A DNA stretch of 64,000 bases. Origin: the human T2T-CHM13v2.0 reference genome, Homo sapiens. The stretch is taken from assembly GCF_009914755.1 (NCBI RefSeq), contig NC_060930.1; one strand, given 5' to 3'. The number at the start of each line of letters is the position of its first letter. Position 1 is the first letter of the stretch. The position numbers and the translations under genes are program-made. Below, one piece after another: positions 29,901-45,495 of the stretch. The notes beneath the pieces were generated by a model. It saw only the letters and a list, made by a program, of their open reading frames with translations, had not been told where the DNA came from and did not search any database.

Positions 29901-32075
29901 TGGAATGCCCAAAAGTATTTCTGTCCTTTAGAAGGATTTGGAATGTAGGAAAAACAGAGCAAGTTACTGTTCAGTTAGTTCAAGCCTGGCTTAATTCCAA
30001 GCATTTCAAATTCAGAGCATCTAGAACTTTCTTCGACGTACTACCAAGTACAGAGCTTAGAGAAGCATGCACTTTGATAGTCCCAACCAGGGTGGCCGTA
30101 TACAGTGCCACTGAGACCTTGACAACGTGTTTTCTGTCTCCAGATCCCTACAGCCAGGTGTTTGTGAGGCTGGTTGCTCAGGCACCGGGCGATGCTCTCC
30201 ACTCTGCTCCCAGCCCGCTGCTAATAAAACCCATGGGAGCCAATTATAATGCTGTTACTCCTCCAGCAGAGGTTCAGCCTGTGTTTTATAGAAGGCACTC
30301 ATATTGCTCACTAGAGACCCTGGAATCAGAGTTCTGTTCAGCGTTTGCTCGTATTCACTAGAACTATCACATTACTGAATCTGCAAAGAACACAAAACTT
30401 GCCTTTTTTTGAGTATATGTGGGTAAGGCTCATTGATAGTGAGTGTGAGATGCATTGACTTGTTTACCAAAACATCTTTGAAATGAGAGTAATTTCAGTA
30501 ACTGAAGTGATGACATTTTGTTTTAGCCCTCTCCTCTGAGTGGATTATGTGAAAATGTCTAAACAAGCAAAAATGCTCTTTCTGTACATTGCAAAATGGC
30601 AGCCTTTAAAGCAACTACTAATATTGTTTATTTAAAGGAAAACATTTAGGAAAGTGTAGTAGCCATGCAATTAAGCAAGATTTTAAAAAACTGCATTCTA
30701 AGGAGACTCAATCCAGCTTTAAGAATCTACAGAACTGGAACAGAATAGTGGTTAGAAAGTTAAAATGTGGTTATGTTTTCAGTGTGGACATCCTAGCTCG
30801 ATGGATCCCAGCAAGATGACACAGGTATGCTGTTCACATTTCGATTCTAAATCTGTCCTGGACAGCTCTGTCTGCCAAGTCTGAAAAATGCAGGTGTGAG
30901 AAAAGATAAGGAAACAGTCACAATTCTTCATACGTTTTCTGAATCTCCTTTATGGGATGAACCTGTATTAGTGTTACTTTCTTCAACAAGTTTTCTTTCA
31001 GAAAGGAGTTTTATGATTAGGATAAGTCCATTTTCTCTTCCCAAAGCTTTGATCTATCACAGACCAAGAATCTGATGAAATGGATCACAATGTTTTGAGA
31101 AGAGACTGAAATATTCCCATTGTGTGACCAGTGCCGTCCTAGGTTTAGACTTGTGGAGCAGAAGAAGTGAGAAGGGAAGACCTGATTGTTGTTTGTACAT
31201 TTTTCACCTGCAGATAGCCTTGAAGCCTCTTCAAAGAGAGAGCTATTCTGATCCTGTCAACTTTCTAGCTTTCTGTTATTAAAGGAGGGTGTGTATAGAC
31301 CTCATATCTGTAAAGTAATACCTTTATCCAAAATAAATTATCTTTGCAAGTAACTACAACTTGCCTTCCAAACAACAAAGTGATCCTTAACTTTGAGACA
31401 GGTCTTGCTGCAGTAGATGACACGCCTTGAGGAGCAGACAATAAAGAACAGAATTTGGCACTTTTTAAATGATTTGGGATAATCTTCTCAGCTCAGGCGA
31501 AAGCTGTTCAGAGTCACAGGGAATGTCTCTGGGTTGACAGCAAGAATAAGGTGATGCCAGTTCATAGGAGTTGAGAGCACCAACCCTCTGGACTCTGTAT
31601 TGAGTAGGAGTGGCCCCTGCTCCCAAGTATCTGACTTGGGAGATGAAGGGCTCCTGGATTTGCTGACTAGGGGGTTTCTCTCTACAGTTATTGCAAAATT
31701 AGATGCAAACACTGGCCTCGTGTTCATTCCATTTGTGATTGTGGTATCTCAAATGGAGGCCACCAGAACTGAGCCTTCTTCCCTTCAGAATAACACTTGA
31801 GTTAAGTCGCATAAGACAGATCCCACTTATTCCTGGAGATGTCTATCTGTCCCAAAAGCAGAGAGCAGAGTGTGCTCGTGATCACACCAACGAGAAGGAG
31901 CCCCTGGTTGCAGGAAGTACTCCCACTTCTTTCTTCTGAAGAAGAAAGAATAAGACACTTTTACTAAGCAGGGCCTTTACATTTCTCTAAACAGTGTTGC
32001 TCATCTTTTTGCTTTTATTCACTAATAAATACATGAGAAGATGAACATTTGCTGAAGAGGAAGCAAATAATAAAG

Positions 32076-32220
32076 ACACACACACACACATACACACACA
32101 CACATATATAATCACCTCCCAATGACCCTATCTCCAAATACCAACACACTGGAGGTTGGGAATTCAACAAATGAATTTAGGTGGGGCAAAGGGAGACAAA
32201 AATATTCAGTTCCTAATACA
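32076..32220 (-). mobile_element. (CA)n followed by an MLT1/MST LTR terminal fragment
   Basis: TAATCACCTCCCAATGACCCTATCTCCAAATACC...AATTCAACAAATGAATTT. Confidence 0.6.
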
Positions 32221-33580
32221 TGCCTATCACATTTGTGAATTACACAGAGCCCCAAGGGAGACTATGCCCTGTAATTTTGTGTCCAGTCTGAGCTCTGTAT
32301 ATCATGTGAGAAAATTAAAAGCAGAATGGTATTTAGAGGAAATAAATTAATTGGGCAATGTTCTAGAAACCATATCATAGAACTAATTGAAGTTAAAGAA
32401 ACCACAGTTCCTTATCATTAAGAAAGAACTAAGAGGGAACACAACCCACAAATATTATTTGTGGATACTTGGAGAATTGCCTGTAGAAGAAGGATTTGAC
32501 GTCTCTGTGGTCCCAGCGTGTGGAATTAGTGAAAGTTAGAAGGAGGTAGATTTTGGAAAAATAGAAGGTAGAACTTCCCAGTAAAGAAAGCTCCTCAAAA
32601 CTGTAAATTAGTAAGCTCTTTAGCACTGAGCTCATTTAGGCAGGCAATCCTCTTTCAGAGACATTCTAATGGAAATATTTAAATTAGACAGAATTTGAAA
32701 CTAGATTTCTCCACATTCTGACTCTAAGATGTTACATTTTAAGAGCCCACTGTTTAATAATAATCAATCTTTAAATGATTTGTATAGGTATAGAAGAGAG
32801 AATATAAAGACCGAAGTAATCTATAATATTATTTTTGTGTTGAATGAAGGGTAAGAAGGGAGATACAAAATATGTTCTTCTTCCTTAGAGATACAGTTAA
32901 GATGAAGCATTCAAAGGAAATGGAAGTGTTCTGATCAAGTGGGTAAAAGGAATTATAAATTTAGGAATGAATTGATAACTAGGAAAATCTCACCTCAGGG
33001 AAATCGTGAGATAAGAGTTTTGTTGTCACTGTTGCTTTGTTTTGTTTAGGGGCCTACATTTTGTTTATCACATGGCTGTATCTCTTTTATAGAAAAGACA
33101 GACTGATGGATGTTTATTACCCAATAAATAGTTGGTAAGCTTGTTGCAAGGAAACTTAATCTCAATCGAAAATAAAATCGATCTGTCTGTTAATTATCTG
33201 CCATCACTAAGGAAATATAACCCTTACATAATCTTGCTTTTATGTAATCAGTTTCTACACTATAGTCCACTGTCTCTTTTTTTATGTTGGGAATATATAA
33301 AAATTCATTTTCTCCTAACAATGATATGTGTTTCAGATTAATTTGCCTTCTCTTCTGAAAATTAAGTTCTATGTAATTAAACCAACGGAAAATACAAACA
33401 ACCTAAAAGATATCAATTAGAAGGAACTTGTTAAAACACTTGTGGATACAATGGTTGACTAAACTTACTAGAAAATGAGATGATAAGGGCAGGACAGTAT
33501 CTATTTTATCCGTCACTATATTGCTTGTCCTTCATGGTGACTGCTACCAGGAGGTCCTCAATAAAAATGTACGTTATCAG

Positions 33581-33891
<311 letters not shown>

Positions 33892-34236
33892 TTATGTAAT
33901 CAAATAAATGCAAAATTATTTTCAGGGAAATATTAACTCAGTTGATGAAATATATGAAAATATATCAATCAAATTCATTCTAGAGAATTGGTTTAATTAC
34001 AATGGTTTATGTTGGTTTTTCAGGAGTTAACTGCCCACTTGGTGGGTTTCTGGTTTCTCTCTATTTTCTTGGTTCTGTTTGCTGTTTTGTTATTGCATGA
34101 GCAACAGATGTTTAAGAATATATGAAACTCAAATTCAATTTGAATATTGATTATGTCTCAAATGTAGTTATAGATTTTATTAGTAGAAAGTTTGCTTTTA
34201 TGGAACCCTTATGGGTCCAAAACAAAGAATATCTAA

Positions 34237-34843
<607 letters not shown>

Positions 34844-34988
34844 TAGAAATAGCAGCTGTTTTTTCTGGAGATATATTGTGCAACATGGTGACTATGGTTA
34901 ATGACGACATATGGTATGTTTGAAAATTGCTTTAAAAAGCAGATTTAAAATGTTCTCACCACAAATAAGTGATAAGTATGTGAGGTAA

Positions 34989-35571
34989 TGTTACCAGAAA
35001 GGGGTCCCAATCCAGACCCCAAGAGAGGGTTCTTGGATCTTATGCAAGAATGAATTTGGGGCAAGTCCATAGAGCTAAGTGACAGTAAGTTTATTAGGAA
35101 AGTAAAGGACTAAAGAATGGCTACTTCATGGGCAGAGCAGCCCTGAAGGCTGCTAGTTGCCCATTTTTATGGTTATCTCTTAATTATATGCTAAATAGGG
35201 GGTGGATTATTCATGAGTTTTCTGGGAAAGGGGTGGGCAATTCCTGGAACTGAGGGTTCCTCCCCTTTTTAGACCATATAGAGTAACTTGCTTATGTTGC
35301 CATGGCATTTGTAAACTGTCATGGCACTGGTGGGAGTGTAGCAGTGAGACGACCAGAGGTCACTCTTACCGCCATCTTGGTTTTGGTGGGTTTTGTCTGG
35401 CTTCTTTACTGCACCCTGTTTTGTCAGCAAGGTTTTTGACCTGTATCTCGTGCCAACATCCTATCTCATCCTGTAACTAAGAATGCCTAACCTCCTGGGA
35501 ATGCAGTTTATCAGGTCTTTTTCCCAGCCCCTACTCAAGATGGAGTTGTTCTGGTTCAAATGCCTCTGACA
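34989..35571 (-). mobile_element. MER41 (MER41B-like) ERV1 solo LTR
   Basis: TG...CA termini; minus strand starts TGTCAGAGGCATTTGAACCAG; 4-bp TSD GTAA at 34985-34988 and 35572-35575. Confidence 0.9.
35220..35249. promoter_or_regulatory. Tandem GAS (STAT) motifs TTCTGGGAA and TTCCTGGAA
   Basis: Two TTCN3GAA matches at 35220-35228 and 35241-35249 inside MER41. Confidence 0.7.
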
Positions 35572-36360
35572 GTAATGCATGTGTTGACTAATTAGGTTGA
35601 TTGGTCCTTCCACAATTAATACATATTTCAGAACATCACGTTGTACACCACAAATGTATACAATTTTTGTTTGTCAATTAAAATAAAATTTTTAAAAAAA
35701 GAAAGAAAAAGATAGTTCTCTTACTCTTCTTCATTTCTCCTCCCTACAACTCACATTCGCCAATACCAGCAAATTGTTCTCAAGTGGCTACTTCCTGCTT
35801 GCTGATGGCTGAAATTCCTTCTGCTAGGAGAAAGCCTTTGGGTCCACAATTAGATTAGTATTGTTATATATTTATATGTTAATATTAGGTTAACAATATA
35901 CTAATAATATAATGAGGTAATTTTTCTTCGAATGCTTTTTAGTTATGCATAAAAAATTGCTTTTTAAGTGTGATATCAGACAAGACAAAACCAGCTGAAG
36001 GCAGAAAGAATGATGAGGGCCATCAGAGAGCTGCAGAGAGAAAAAAGAGGCTGTGAGCTTTCAAGACTTTATGCCTATGCCTTGAGTTACCTTCAACATG
36101 CATGTTGATCGAGGAGACATGCATGAAGATAGATTATTTTCCTGTAGGTACAAAATCAAACTGTTCTCTTTCATATGATTCTTGAAGGTTTTTGGTTTGT
36201 TTTGGTTTTTGTTGTTGCTTAATCCACAAAAGAGCTTCCTTGCTGAAATATATGTTAATCAAATGTTATTATATCCATAGTTTATTCCTCTTCATCATCA
36301 CTATGAGAAAGCAAAGGTCAAAGGTGGCTGCCCCTTCATTCCTTTCCACAAACATTAGAC

Positions 36361-36588
36361 CAGGGGTGTCCAACCTTTTGGCTTCCCTGGGCCGCTCTGA
36401 AAGAAGAAGAATTGTCTTGGGCCACACATAAAATACACTAATACTAATGATACCTGATGAGCTAAAAAAAAAAAAAAAATCGCAAAAATCTCATAATGTT
36501 TTAAGAAAATTTACTAATAAGTATTGGGCCACATTCAAAGCTGTCCTGGGCTGCATGCAGCCCTTGGGCCACGGATGGGACTAGCTTG
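36361..36588. mobile_element. MER30 hAT-Charlie MITE
   Basis: CAGGGGTGTCCAACCTTTTGGCTTCCCTGGGCC...GAAGAATTGTCTTGGGCCACACATAAAATACACTAA. Confidence 0.85.
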
Positions 36589-37104
36589 TTCTAGATATTT
36601 TCACCATAGCAGTCTCTTAGATATATTCCACTTTCTAAGTATTCTGTTTGAGGTAACATTTCTGTTTCATTTCAGGTTTCAAATATATATCATTAATTTG
36701 CATTTCAGGTTATTTTTAGCTTATAATATGTTAAAGTTCAAATCAAGCCAGCACTGCACAGTGCCTAACACTGGGTCTTGGGCAGTAAACACTTAATAAC
36801 ACCTGTGATGATACTTCAAATTTTTTTTTCCAAGTTTTTATGCATTAGAATAAACAGATTAACTTTCCTTTTTACTTAATTGTTCCCTGTAGCTAGAGTT
36901 TGTGGATGGTTTATATTCAGGATAAATGATAGCAAATGAAGGAAAATGTGACTCAAAATATGTGCTACATGTCCATTTATGTTTCATCTACGGATATTAA
37001 AATATTATTTCCCAGTGTTTGGTCCATGGAAAGAACACACTTAATAAACTTCAAAGTAACTCTGTTCCATAAGTGGGAATAGTAATTTCTATGAAGTATG
37101 AAAC

Positions 37105-37300
37105 TTTACAGTTTATAAAGTGCTTTCAAGTACACAATCTCATGTGCCCCTCCCAACAGCCCTGTGAAGTAAGTGTAGGGTAATGACTTCTTATTTACTT
37201 GGCTGGAGAATATGGTTGGAGAAAATTCAGTGACTTGCCCAATGTCACACAGTGAGTTGTGAAACCCTTTAGTGGTCCAAATGCTCCTATCATCACGCCC
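37105..37300 (-). mobile_element. MIR
   Basis: AACAGCCCTGTGAAGTAAG...GTGACTTGCCCAATGTCACACAG. Confidence 0.7.
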
Positions 37301-37584
37301 AGTTGTTACCTTCTCCATCCTCATTGTGAGCTGAACTCCCCGTCCTCTGCAGTCTGGTCAACCCCTGCTACATTGGGCCAGGTCACATTTCTGTAGGTGG
37401 CATGAAAAAAATGGAGACAACTCTGATAGGTGGACTCAACTGGTGAGAGGTGAAGGCTATCCTGAATGTGACTCTAAAGATAAACATCAAAAGTTCAGCC
37501 TTAGCCAACATCTTAGCATTCCGCAATAGAGTTGAAGGTATCACCTATTTCATCTTTCAGAGGAGTGTCTTCTTGGTTCTTAAC

Positions 37585-37750
37585 TCCATCGTTTTCAAGC
37601 CTGGCTAACCCTTGGAATTACCTGGGAAGATTTTTAAAATTCAGATGCTCCAGTCTCATCATGCAGTGATTCTAGCATCAGGCTCAAGCACTGATATTTT
37701 TGAAAGCTCCCCAGGTGACTCTAACGTTCAGCCAGGGTTGAGCGCCCCTG
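37585..37750. mobile_element. MER5A-like MITE
   Basis: GGAATTACCTGGGAAG...AAGCTCCCCAGGTGACTCTAACGTTCAGCCAGGGTTGAG. Confidence 0.7.
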
Positions 37751-38367
37751 ATACAGCTGAGAAGGCAGCAAGACTGTTATAAGCTGGCACAGAAGCAGCC
37801 TTCTTCTCCCTTAAACTAGGTAAAAAGAGCATGTCTGTTGACAGTCCTAACCATTTCTATGAGGAGGCCTTGTGTAATTTCAAAGCAAGCCAGAAACTTG
37901 TGTCTACTCAGGAATTCCTGTGGGACATTATTAAAGGGTTTATGGTTAACTGATGGGCTGAATTAATGGTGAGCATTAAGGCAGATTGAACCTCAAAATT
38001 CGGGCAGATTAACAAAGTGACCAAGGTAGAGGTAGAGATTTCAAGCTTAACTTTGAGTTTCCTATCTTTCATAAGACAAGTACTGGTGGTAATAAAAAGC
38101 ATGCTTTCTTTCCTTCACCAGTCAAGTGGATGTGGACCAGCCCTTATAAAAACTCGGGTCTATCCAAAGAGACATAGGAGGAGAGGTATAATTAACTTGA
38201 GTAAGCAAAGTAATAAACAACAGCAGCCTGAAAAACAGCTTGCAGAAATCTAAGAGGGATCCCAGTTTCTCAGTTCTGTTTTTAAACTACCCCTTCCTTT
38301 AATCTCCTGCAGAAGTAAACTCATAGAAATTATACTAAGAACTAAAGTTGCCTGTTCTTGTATTGGA

Positions 38368-38369
<2 letters not shown>

Positions 38370-38418
<49 letters not shown>
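38370..38418. repeat. Perfect (TG)~24 microsatellite
   Basis: Read directly from the sequence. Confidence 0.98.
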
Positions 38419-38421
<3 letters not shown>

Positions 38422-41388
38422 ATGTATATTAAGAAGGGAGGTGGGAAGGAGAGGACATTGGCCTAATTACCACTGAGATTGTGTCTTGTGAATTCCATTG
38501 AGGAAACACTTCAGAATAAGCACATTTGTTAAAGTGGATGAGTTATTTTACACTTCATACGAAAATGAAAAGATGAATGTATCATTCACAGTTATATTAC
38601 TAGAGGTGAAAAAAATAGTATGGTTCTCCTCAACAGGGCTGAGTTACACAAATTTTATCTGAAGCTTCTATTTCACCAAAGATACATTTGACTCCATCCT
38701 ACCTAGAGTAAGGAAATATTTAATTATTAATTAATCTTTTGCAGCAAAGCACATGTATAAATGGATTCAGAGTTAGAAAGCCATTAAAGCCAACTGAAAT
38801 GTCTCCACAATTTATAGAAGTCATGGATACAATAGAGCCTATAATACACTCAAAATCCGATTGGAAGAGACTTTTTAAACTCAAGAACACTGTCTTTATT
38901 ATATTAGAAGACTAATGAATCTCATTTATTCAATTATATTCAACAAGCACTTATTGAGGATCTAGCACAGGTTTGGCATTGTTGAGAGTAAAGAATAAGA
39001 TAGCAACTCCTCATAATAACTACAAATACGTATTAAACAATTCGAGAATGCTAAGAATTATTATATTAGCATGTACTAAAGCTCTCATTTTAAAAAATAT
39101 TACTACAGAAAATGTGGCATAGAAACAGTGAGTGCTATCAGCAATTCAAAGGATCTAAAACAGAGTTAGTCATAGTCATAGGGCTCAGTTTTTATCTTTC
39201 CTCATGCTCTCAAATCTTCCTAAAACAGCACTTTCATCAATAGTAAGCACTGGCTTCCCCATAATCAAAGATTATTCAGAATGAGACCTATCCATCCTGC
39301 TTCTTCATGTCCCCTCCCAACTCTGCATCCTCTTATCAGTGAGGCCAAGTCCCTTCATGCTGCCCTGGGACCCTTTGGCCCGGGCCTTTGGTCACACAAA
39401 TCCTACAGGCCTCCAGGCCCTCTGGCCACCAAGTTCATGTCCCAAACCTTAACCCTCCCCCGGCCCCACGCTCCATACATATGTACCACCGCTACTCAGT
39501 CCATACTAATCCATCTAAATCCAGCCACAGACATGCAACTTCCTCTGACAAATCCAGGAAAAGGAAGCATGGTGTGTATCAATAGAAATGTGTCTGAATC
39601 CCACTATCTTGAAAACATTAAAGATTCTAAAAAATATATTTTTTAAAGGTTTACATCTGAAGGAGATAAAAATAGTATTTTTTGTTGTTGTTGGCAGAAC
39701 AAATTTCTGACTCATGCTTAATCAGCCAGTGAAGACACTGATGAGTATGAGTCGATTCAGGGGTAACAGCAGAAAATGAAAGCCAGTGTGGACAAATGGG
39801 AAGTTGGTCTCTTCTGAGGAGAATAGAAAATTAGTGTTAGAAAAAGACCGTTGTGGTGAAGTTCTTAAAAGTGACCAGCATACCTATATGTTCTGTGCAA
39901 AACAGGTTATCTTCCTCTGCTCTGCTTAGCTGATTAGTCTGAGAGACGTTCTTACCAGCCCAGGGATACCAGCGCAAAGCCTTGCCCATATCCATTAACT
40001 AAAGACATTTCACAACAAGACAATTTGAGTGAATTATAAATAGTCTAAACTTATTTGTAAATGGAATAATTGGAACTACATTAAAATAAAAATTAATGAA
40101 GAGAATTAACATAAACATAAAGAGGTTTTTTCTTTAAAAGCCTATTATAAGGAATTGTTTTATAATTTAATTGTTAATTAACACCATAAATTTCTCAGCT
40201 TTCTTTAAATAAATGGATACACACATGCACACACACAGAGAAGGAGAGAGAGTTGGTGCTTTTTATTTTTATTTCTCAAAGTTAGATCAAATCTCATGAA
40301 AAGTTTACCATTGACTAAAATAAAACCTCTACTTGATGGTGATACATGCCTAGACACAGGATCTTTACCAAGAGAACATCAATTTCCTAGTGTCAAATAG
40401 GCAAACCTAAATAAATATATTGAGAATAATAGCATATAATTTTCTAATTTCAAAATTATGACTTTATATTTTGGCATAATTATTGGTCCATTTGTAAACA
40501 AGAATGTCTTTCAAACTGGTTTTTCTAGATTTCTAGATTTGTTTATTCAAACAAATCAAGCAAGGATACTTGCTGTTATATAGATCACAAATATGTTTGA
40601 GCTAAAAATTAACTTCAGTCAGAAATTCACTGATTCACCAAATGATTCAACTACTAATATGTGATAGATTTAGATTCCCTTTAACTTACATATTGTATAG
40701 ACTCCCTACCACTAAGAAGTAACATAATACCGTATTAGTTTTCTATCCTTACAAAAGGCGAGAAAATAACGGAGGCAAAAGCACAGATTTTTATCAATAT
40801 AGAACAAGGAGGACTGTTTTGTAAGTTTTTCTCACATTAACCCATTTAGACAATCTAGCTTTGTTGCTGAGAGAAGTATCCGTTTCTCTTTTTAACTCAT
40901 TCTCTGTCCCTGTGTCAAATGCTAAACAGCAGAAATATGTTCATTTGGTCCAACTGTAGTCTTTTATCTTAGTCTTGTTTTGATCCAATACTGAGAAGAA
41001 AAATCCATCTAGTTACCCTACTTCTTTTCCAGTATGCACAGCACTTGTGTGAGTAAATATGAAGGATCCAGGGTAGATAACAGCAAATATACTGTTTGGT
41101 ATTTTCTCCTTCCGAGAAATAGCAATACCCACTTAGAGCACAGGGATGCTGTGAAGATTAGTCACATTAAATTTGAGTATAGTCCATTGGAGATATGCTA
41201 CTGTGATCAACTGTTAAATCTGATAAGAAACACTGAGACCATCATCCACTCCTCTGAACTATCCTTTAATAGCCCAGTCCCGATGGAAGCTGGAGGCCAT
41301 CATTCACTTCAAATCTGTGACTTTATTCTCGGTTTTTTTGTTGTTGTTGTTTTATTTTTTATTGACCATGTGGTAATTTCAAGAAGCA

Positions 41389-41722
<334 letters not shown>

Positions 41723-42728
41723 CTATAGTAAAAAGAACTCATATGCATTTATTCTTTTTCTGAAATTTCACTACTAGGAATCTATCATAAGAAAAAAATC
41801 TAAAATATTGGAAAAAGCTCTTTATACAGAGATGTTTCTGCAGCATTATTTATGAGCACCAAGCATTTAATAACAATCTACATGCCTATGAATAGAAAAG
41901 AGATGAATTTAATTATCATAGAAGCATATGTTGAAACATCATTAAACACTATATTTGCAAAAAGTTTTTAAGAAAAGGAGAACTGTTTTTCTTACAATGT
42001 TAAATGGAGAAGGAGAACACAAGATGGTATAAATGATACAATATCAACTATGTAATATATATGTAGGGATAAGACTCGAAAGATAACAGAGTATTAGCAA
42101 TCGCCAGTGGGTGGGAGGTTATTATATGGTCATTTTCTTTTTAATACTGCCTTTTTACTCCTCACTTACTATAAGGATCATTTAGTACATTTTACAAAAC
42201 AAACAAACATACACTAATGGAAATGGAGTCAGGAAACTTATTTTCCAAGCTACTCTACCACTGTAAATTTTACGTTAGGCAAGTCTCTACTGCAGTGTAT
42301 TGATAGAATATGGCCATTTTACCTTCTAAGACTCCTATAATTAACTGATGTAATGTATTTGAAATCACTTTTTATTTTAAAAGTCCAATATAATTACATA
42401 ATTATATTTTTTGGAGGAGAAAAAGAGAGATTTTCATAGTTTTTCCAAGTAAAAAATACTTATTTACATAGTGAAAATAGAGGTTCACTATTATTCTTTC
42501 TGCCACCAGTTGGAATTCAGTTTTCTGGATAGTTTTTTACACAGTTTTTTGTGTAGACTATGGTATAACACATTGTTCGCCTTGGTTCCTGTCGACTAAG
42601 TAGAAACATATATAATGCAGATTATTTATCTTATAAAAATATGTCTTGGTTTATTTAAGTAATGTGATATTTATCTTGAATTATTTTTCAACCTTGCCTT
42701 AAAATTGACAAACATAATTAAAACTCCT

Positions 42729-43050
<322 letters not shown>

Positions 43051-45495
43051 TTAAAGTGATACTTAGACATTACAATTTTCACTCTTTTTCCATCACTGAC
43101 TTAAATAGTGAAAGAAAGAAAAAGAGAAAGAGAGAGGAAAGAAGGAGGAGGGGAGAGAGTGAGAGAAAGCAATATGGCTCTCAAATTTACTACAAGGGAG
43201 AAAATTTGCAAGGGAGGTTGGGAAAACTAATTTTGCTAATATAATATAATATATGCTGAGAAAGAGGAAGAGAACGGTGAATTTATCACCTTTTCTCTGC
43301 CACAGACTCCTAGGCAAAGAGAGAAGAAATGTCTCCTCAGACCTAGAGGAATCAGAGAACTTCAGTCAATAAGTTGTCTGTGGTTCAGTCTAGTTTGGGA
43401 AGGACATAGATATTGTATATCCTAAGAGATATTTCTGAAAACTGTCACAAATCATCAGATAACATTGAGAAAAATCACAGGCTTCATAAGCTATAGAACC
43501 TTTGTTTACCTTTTTTTCTTGTAACTTTTATTTTAGGTTCTGGGGTACATGTGCTGGTTTGTAACACAGATAAACTTGTGTCACAAGGGTTTACTGTACA
43601 GATTTTTTTGTCACTCAGGTACTAAACCTAATACCCAATAGATACTTTTTTTTCTTCTCTCCCTCCTCTCACCTTCCACCCTCAAGTAGGCCCCAGTGTC
43701 TGTTGTTCCCTTCTTTGAGTTCATGAGTTCTATTTACCTCCCTCTTATAAGTAAGAACATGTGGTATTTGGTTTTCTGTTCCTGTGTTAGTTTGCTAAGG
43801 ATAATGGCCTCCAGTTCCACCCATGTTTCCACAAAAGACATGAACTCATTCTTTTTTATGGCTGCATAGTATTCCATTATGTATATATACAACATTTTCC
43901 TTATCTAGTCTGTCACCGAGAGGCATTTAGGTTTATTCCATGTCTTTGCTATTGTGAAGAGTGTTGCAATGAACATATGCATGCATGTGTCTTTATAATA
44001 AAATGATTTACATTGCTCTGGGTATATAGCCAGTAATGAGATTGCTGGGCCGAATAGTAGTTCTGATTTTAGCCCTTTGAGGAATTGCCACAGTGCTTTC
44101 CATAAAGGCTGAACTAATTTACATTCCCACCAACAGTGTATAAGTGTTCCCTTTTCTCTGCAACCTCACCAGCATATGTTATTTTTTGACTTTTTAATGA
44201 TAGCCATTCTGACTAGTGTAAGATGGTATCACATTGTGGCTTTGATTTGCATTTCTGTAATGATCAGTGATTTTAAGCTTTTTGGCCACATGTATGTCTT
44301 TAGAAAAGTGTTCATGTCCTTTGCCTACTTTTTAATGAAGTTGTTTGTTGTTGTTTATTTTCTTGTAAATTTGTTTAAGTTCCTTATATATGCTGGATTT
44401 TAGACCTTTGTCACATGCATAGTTTGCATAGTTTTCTCCCATTCTGTAGGTTGTCTGTTCAATCTGTTGATAGCTTCTTTTGCTGTGATGAAGCTCTTAA
44501 GTTTAATTAGATCCCATTTGTCAATTTTTGCTTTTGTTGCAATTGCTTTTGGTGTCTTTGTCATGAAAACTTTGCCCATTCCTGTGTCCAGAATGGTATT
44601 GCTTCGGTTGTCTTCCATGGTTTTTATAGTTTTGGGTTTTATGTTTAAGTCTTTCATCCATATTGAGTTGATTTTTGTATATAGCATAAGAAAGTAGTCC
44701 AGTTTTAATCTTCTGCACATGGCTAGCCAGCTATCCCAGCACCATTTATTGAATAGTGAGTCTTTTCCCCTGTCTTGTTTTTGTCAGATGGTTGAAGATC
44801 AGATGGCTAAAGGTGTATGGCCTTATTTCTGGGCTTTCTATTTTGTTCCATGTATCTATGTATCTGTTTTTTTGTACTAGTACCATGCTGTTTTGGTTAC
44901 TGTAGCCCTGTAATATAGTTTGAAGTCAAGTAACATGATGCCTGTAGCTTTGTTCTTTTTGCTTAAGATTGCCTTGGCTAAGGAGGCCTGCCTGCCTCTG
45001 TAGGCTCCACCTCTGGGGGCAGGGCACAGACAAACAAAAAGACAGCAGTAACCTCTGCAGACTTAAATGTCCCTGTCTGACAGCTTTAAAGAGAGCAGTG
45101 GTTGTCCCAGCACGCAGCTGGAGATCTGAGAATGGGCAGACTGCCTCCTCAAGTGGGTCCCTGACCCCTGACCCCTGAGCAGCCTAACTGGGAGGCACCC
45201 CCCAGTAGGGGCAGACTGACACCTCACACAGCCGGGTACTCCTCTGAGACAAAACTTCCAGAGGAACAATCAGACAGCAGCATTTGCAGTTCATGAAAAT
45301 CCGCTGTTCTGCAGCCACCGCTGCTGATATCCAGGCAAACAGAGTCTGGAGTGGACCTCTAGCAAACTCCAACAGACCTGCAGCTGAGGGTCCTGTCTGT
45401 TAGAAGGAAAACTAACAAACAGAAAGGACATCCACACCAAAAACCCATCTGTACATCACCATCATCAAAGACCAAAAGTAGATAAAACCACAAAG

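Larger units (their letters stand above)
34862..35705 (+). mobile_element. L1MA-like 3' end split by the MER41 LTR
   Basis: AACATGGTGACTATGGTTAA...GATAAGTATGTGAGGTAA continues as TGCATGTGTT...ACATCACGTTGTACACC...TGTCAATTAAAATAAA. Confidence 0.75.

Noticed and set aside
29882-30361. 159-aa ORF
   Set aside because: GTG start, no homology I recognise, no convincing exon boundaries.
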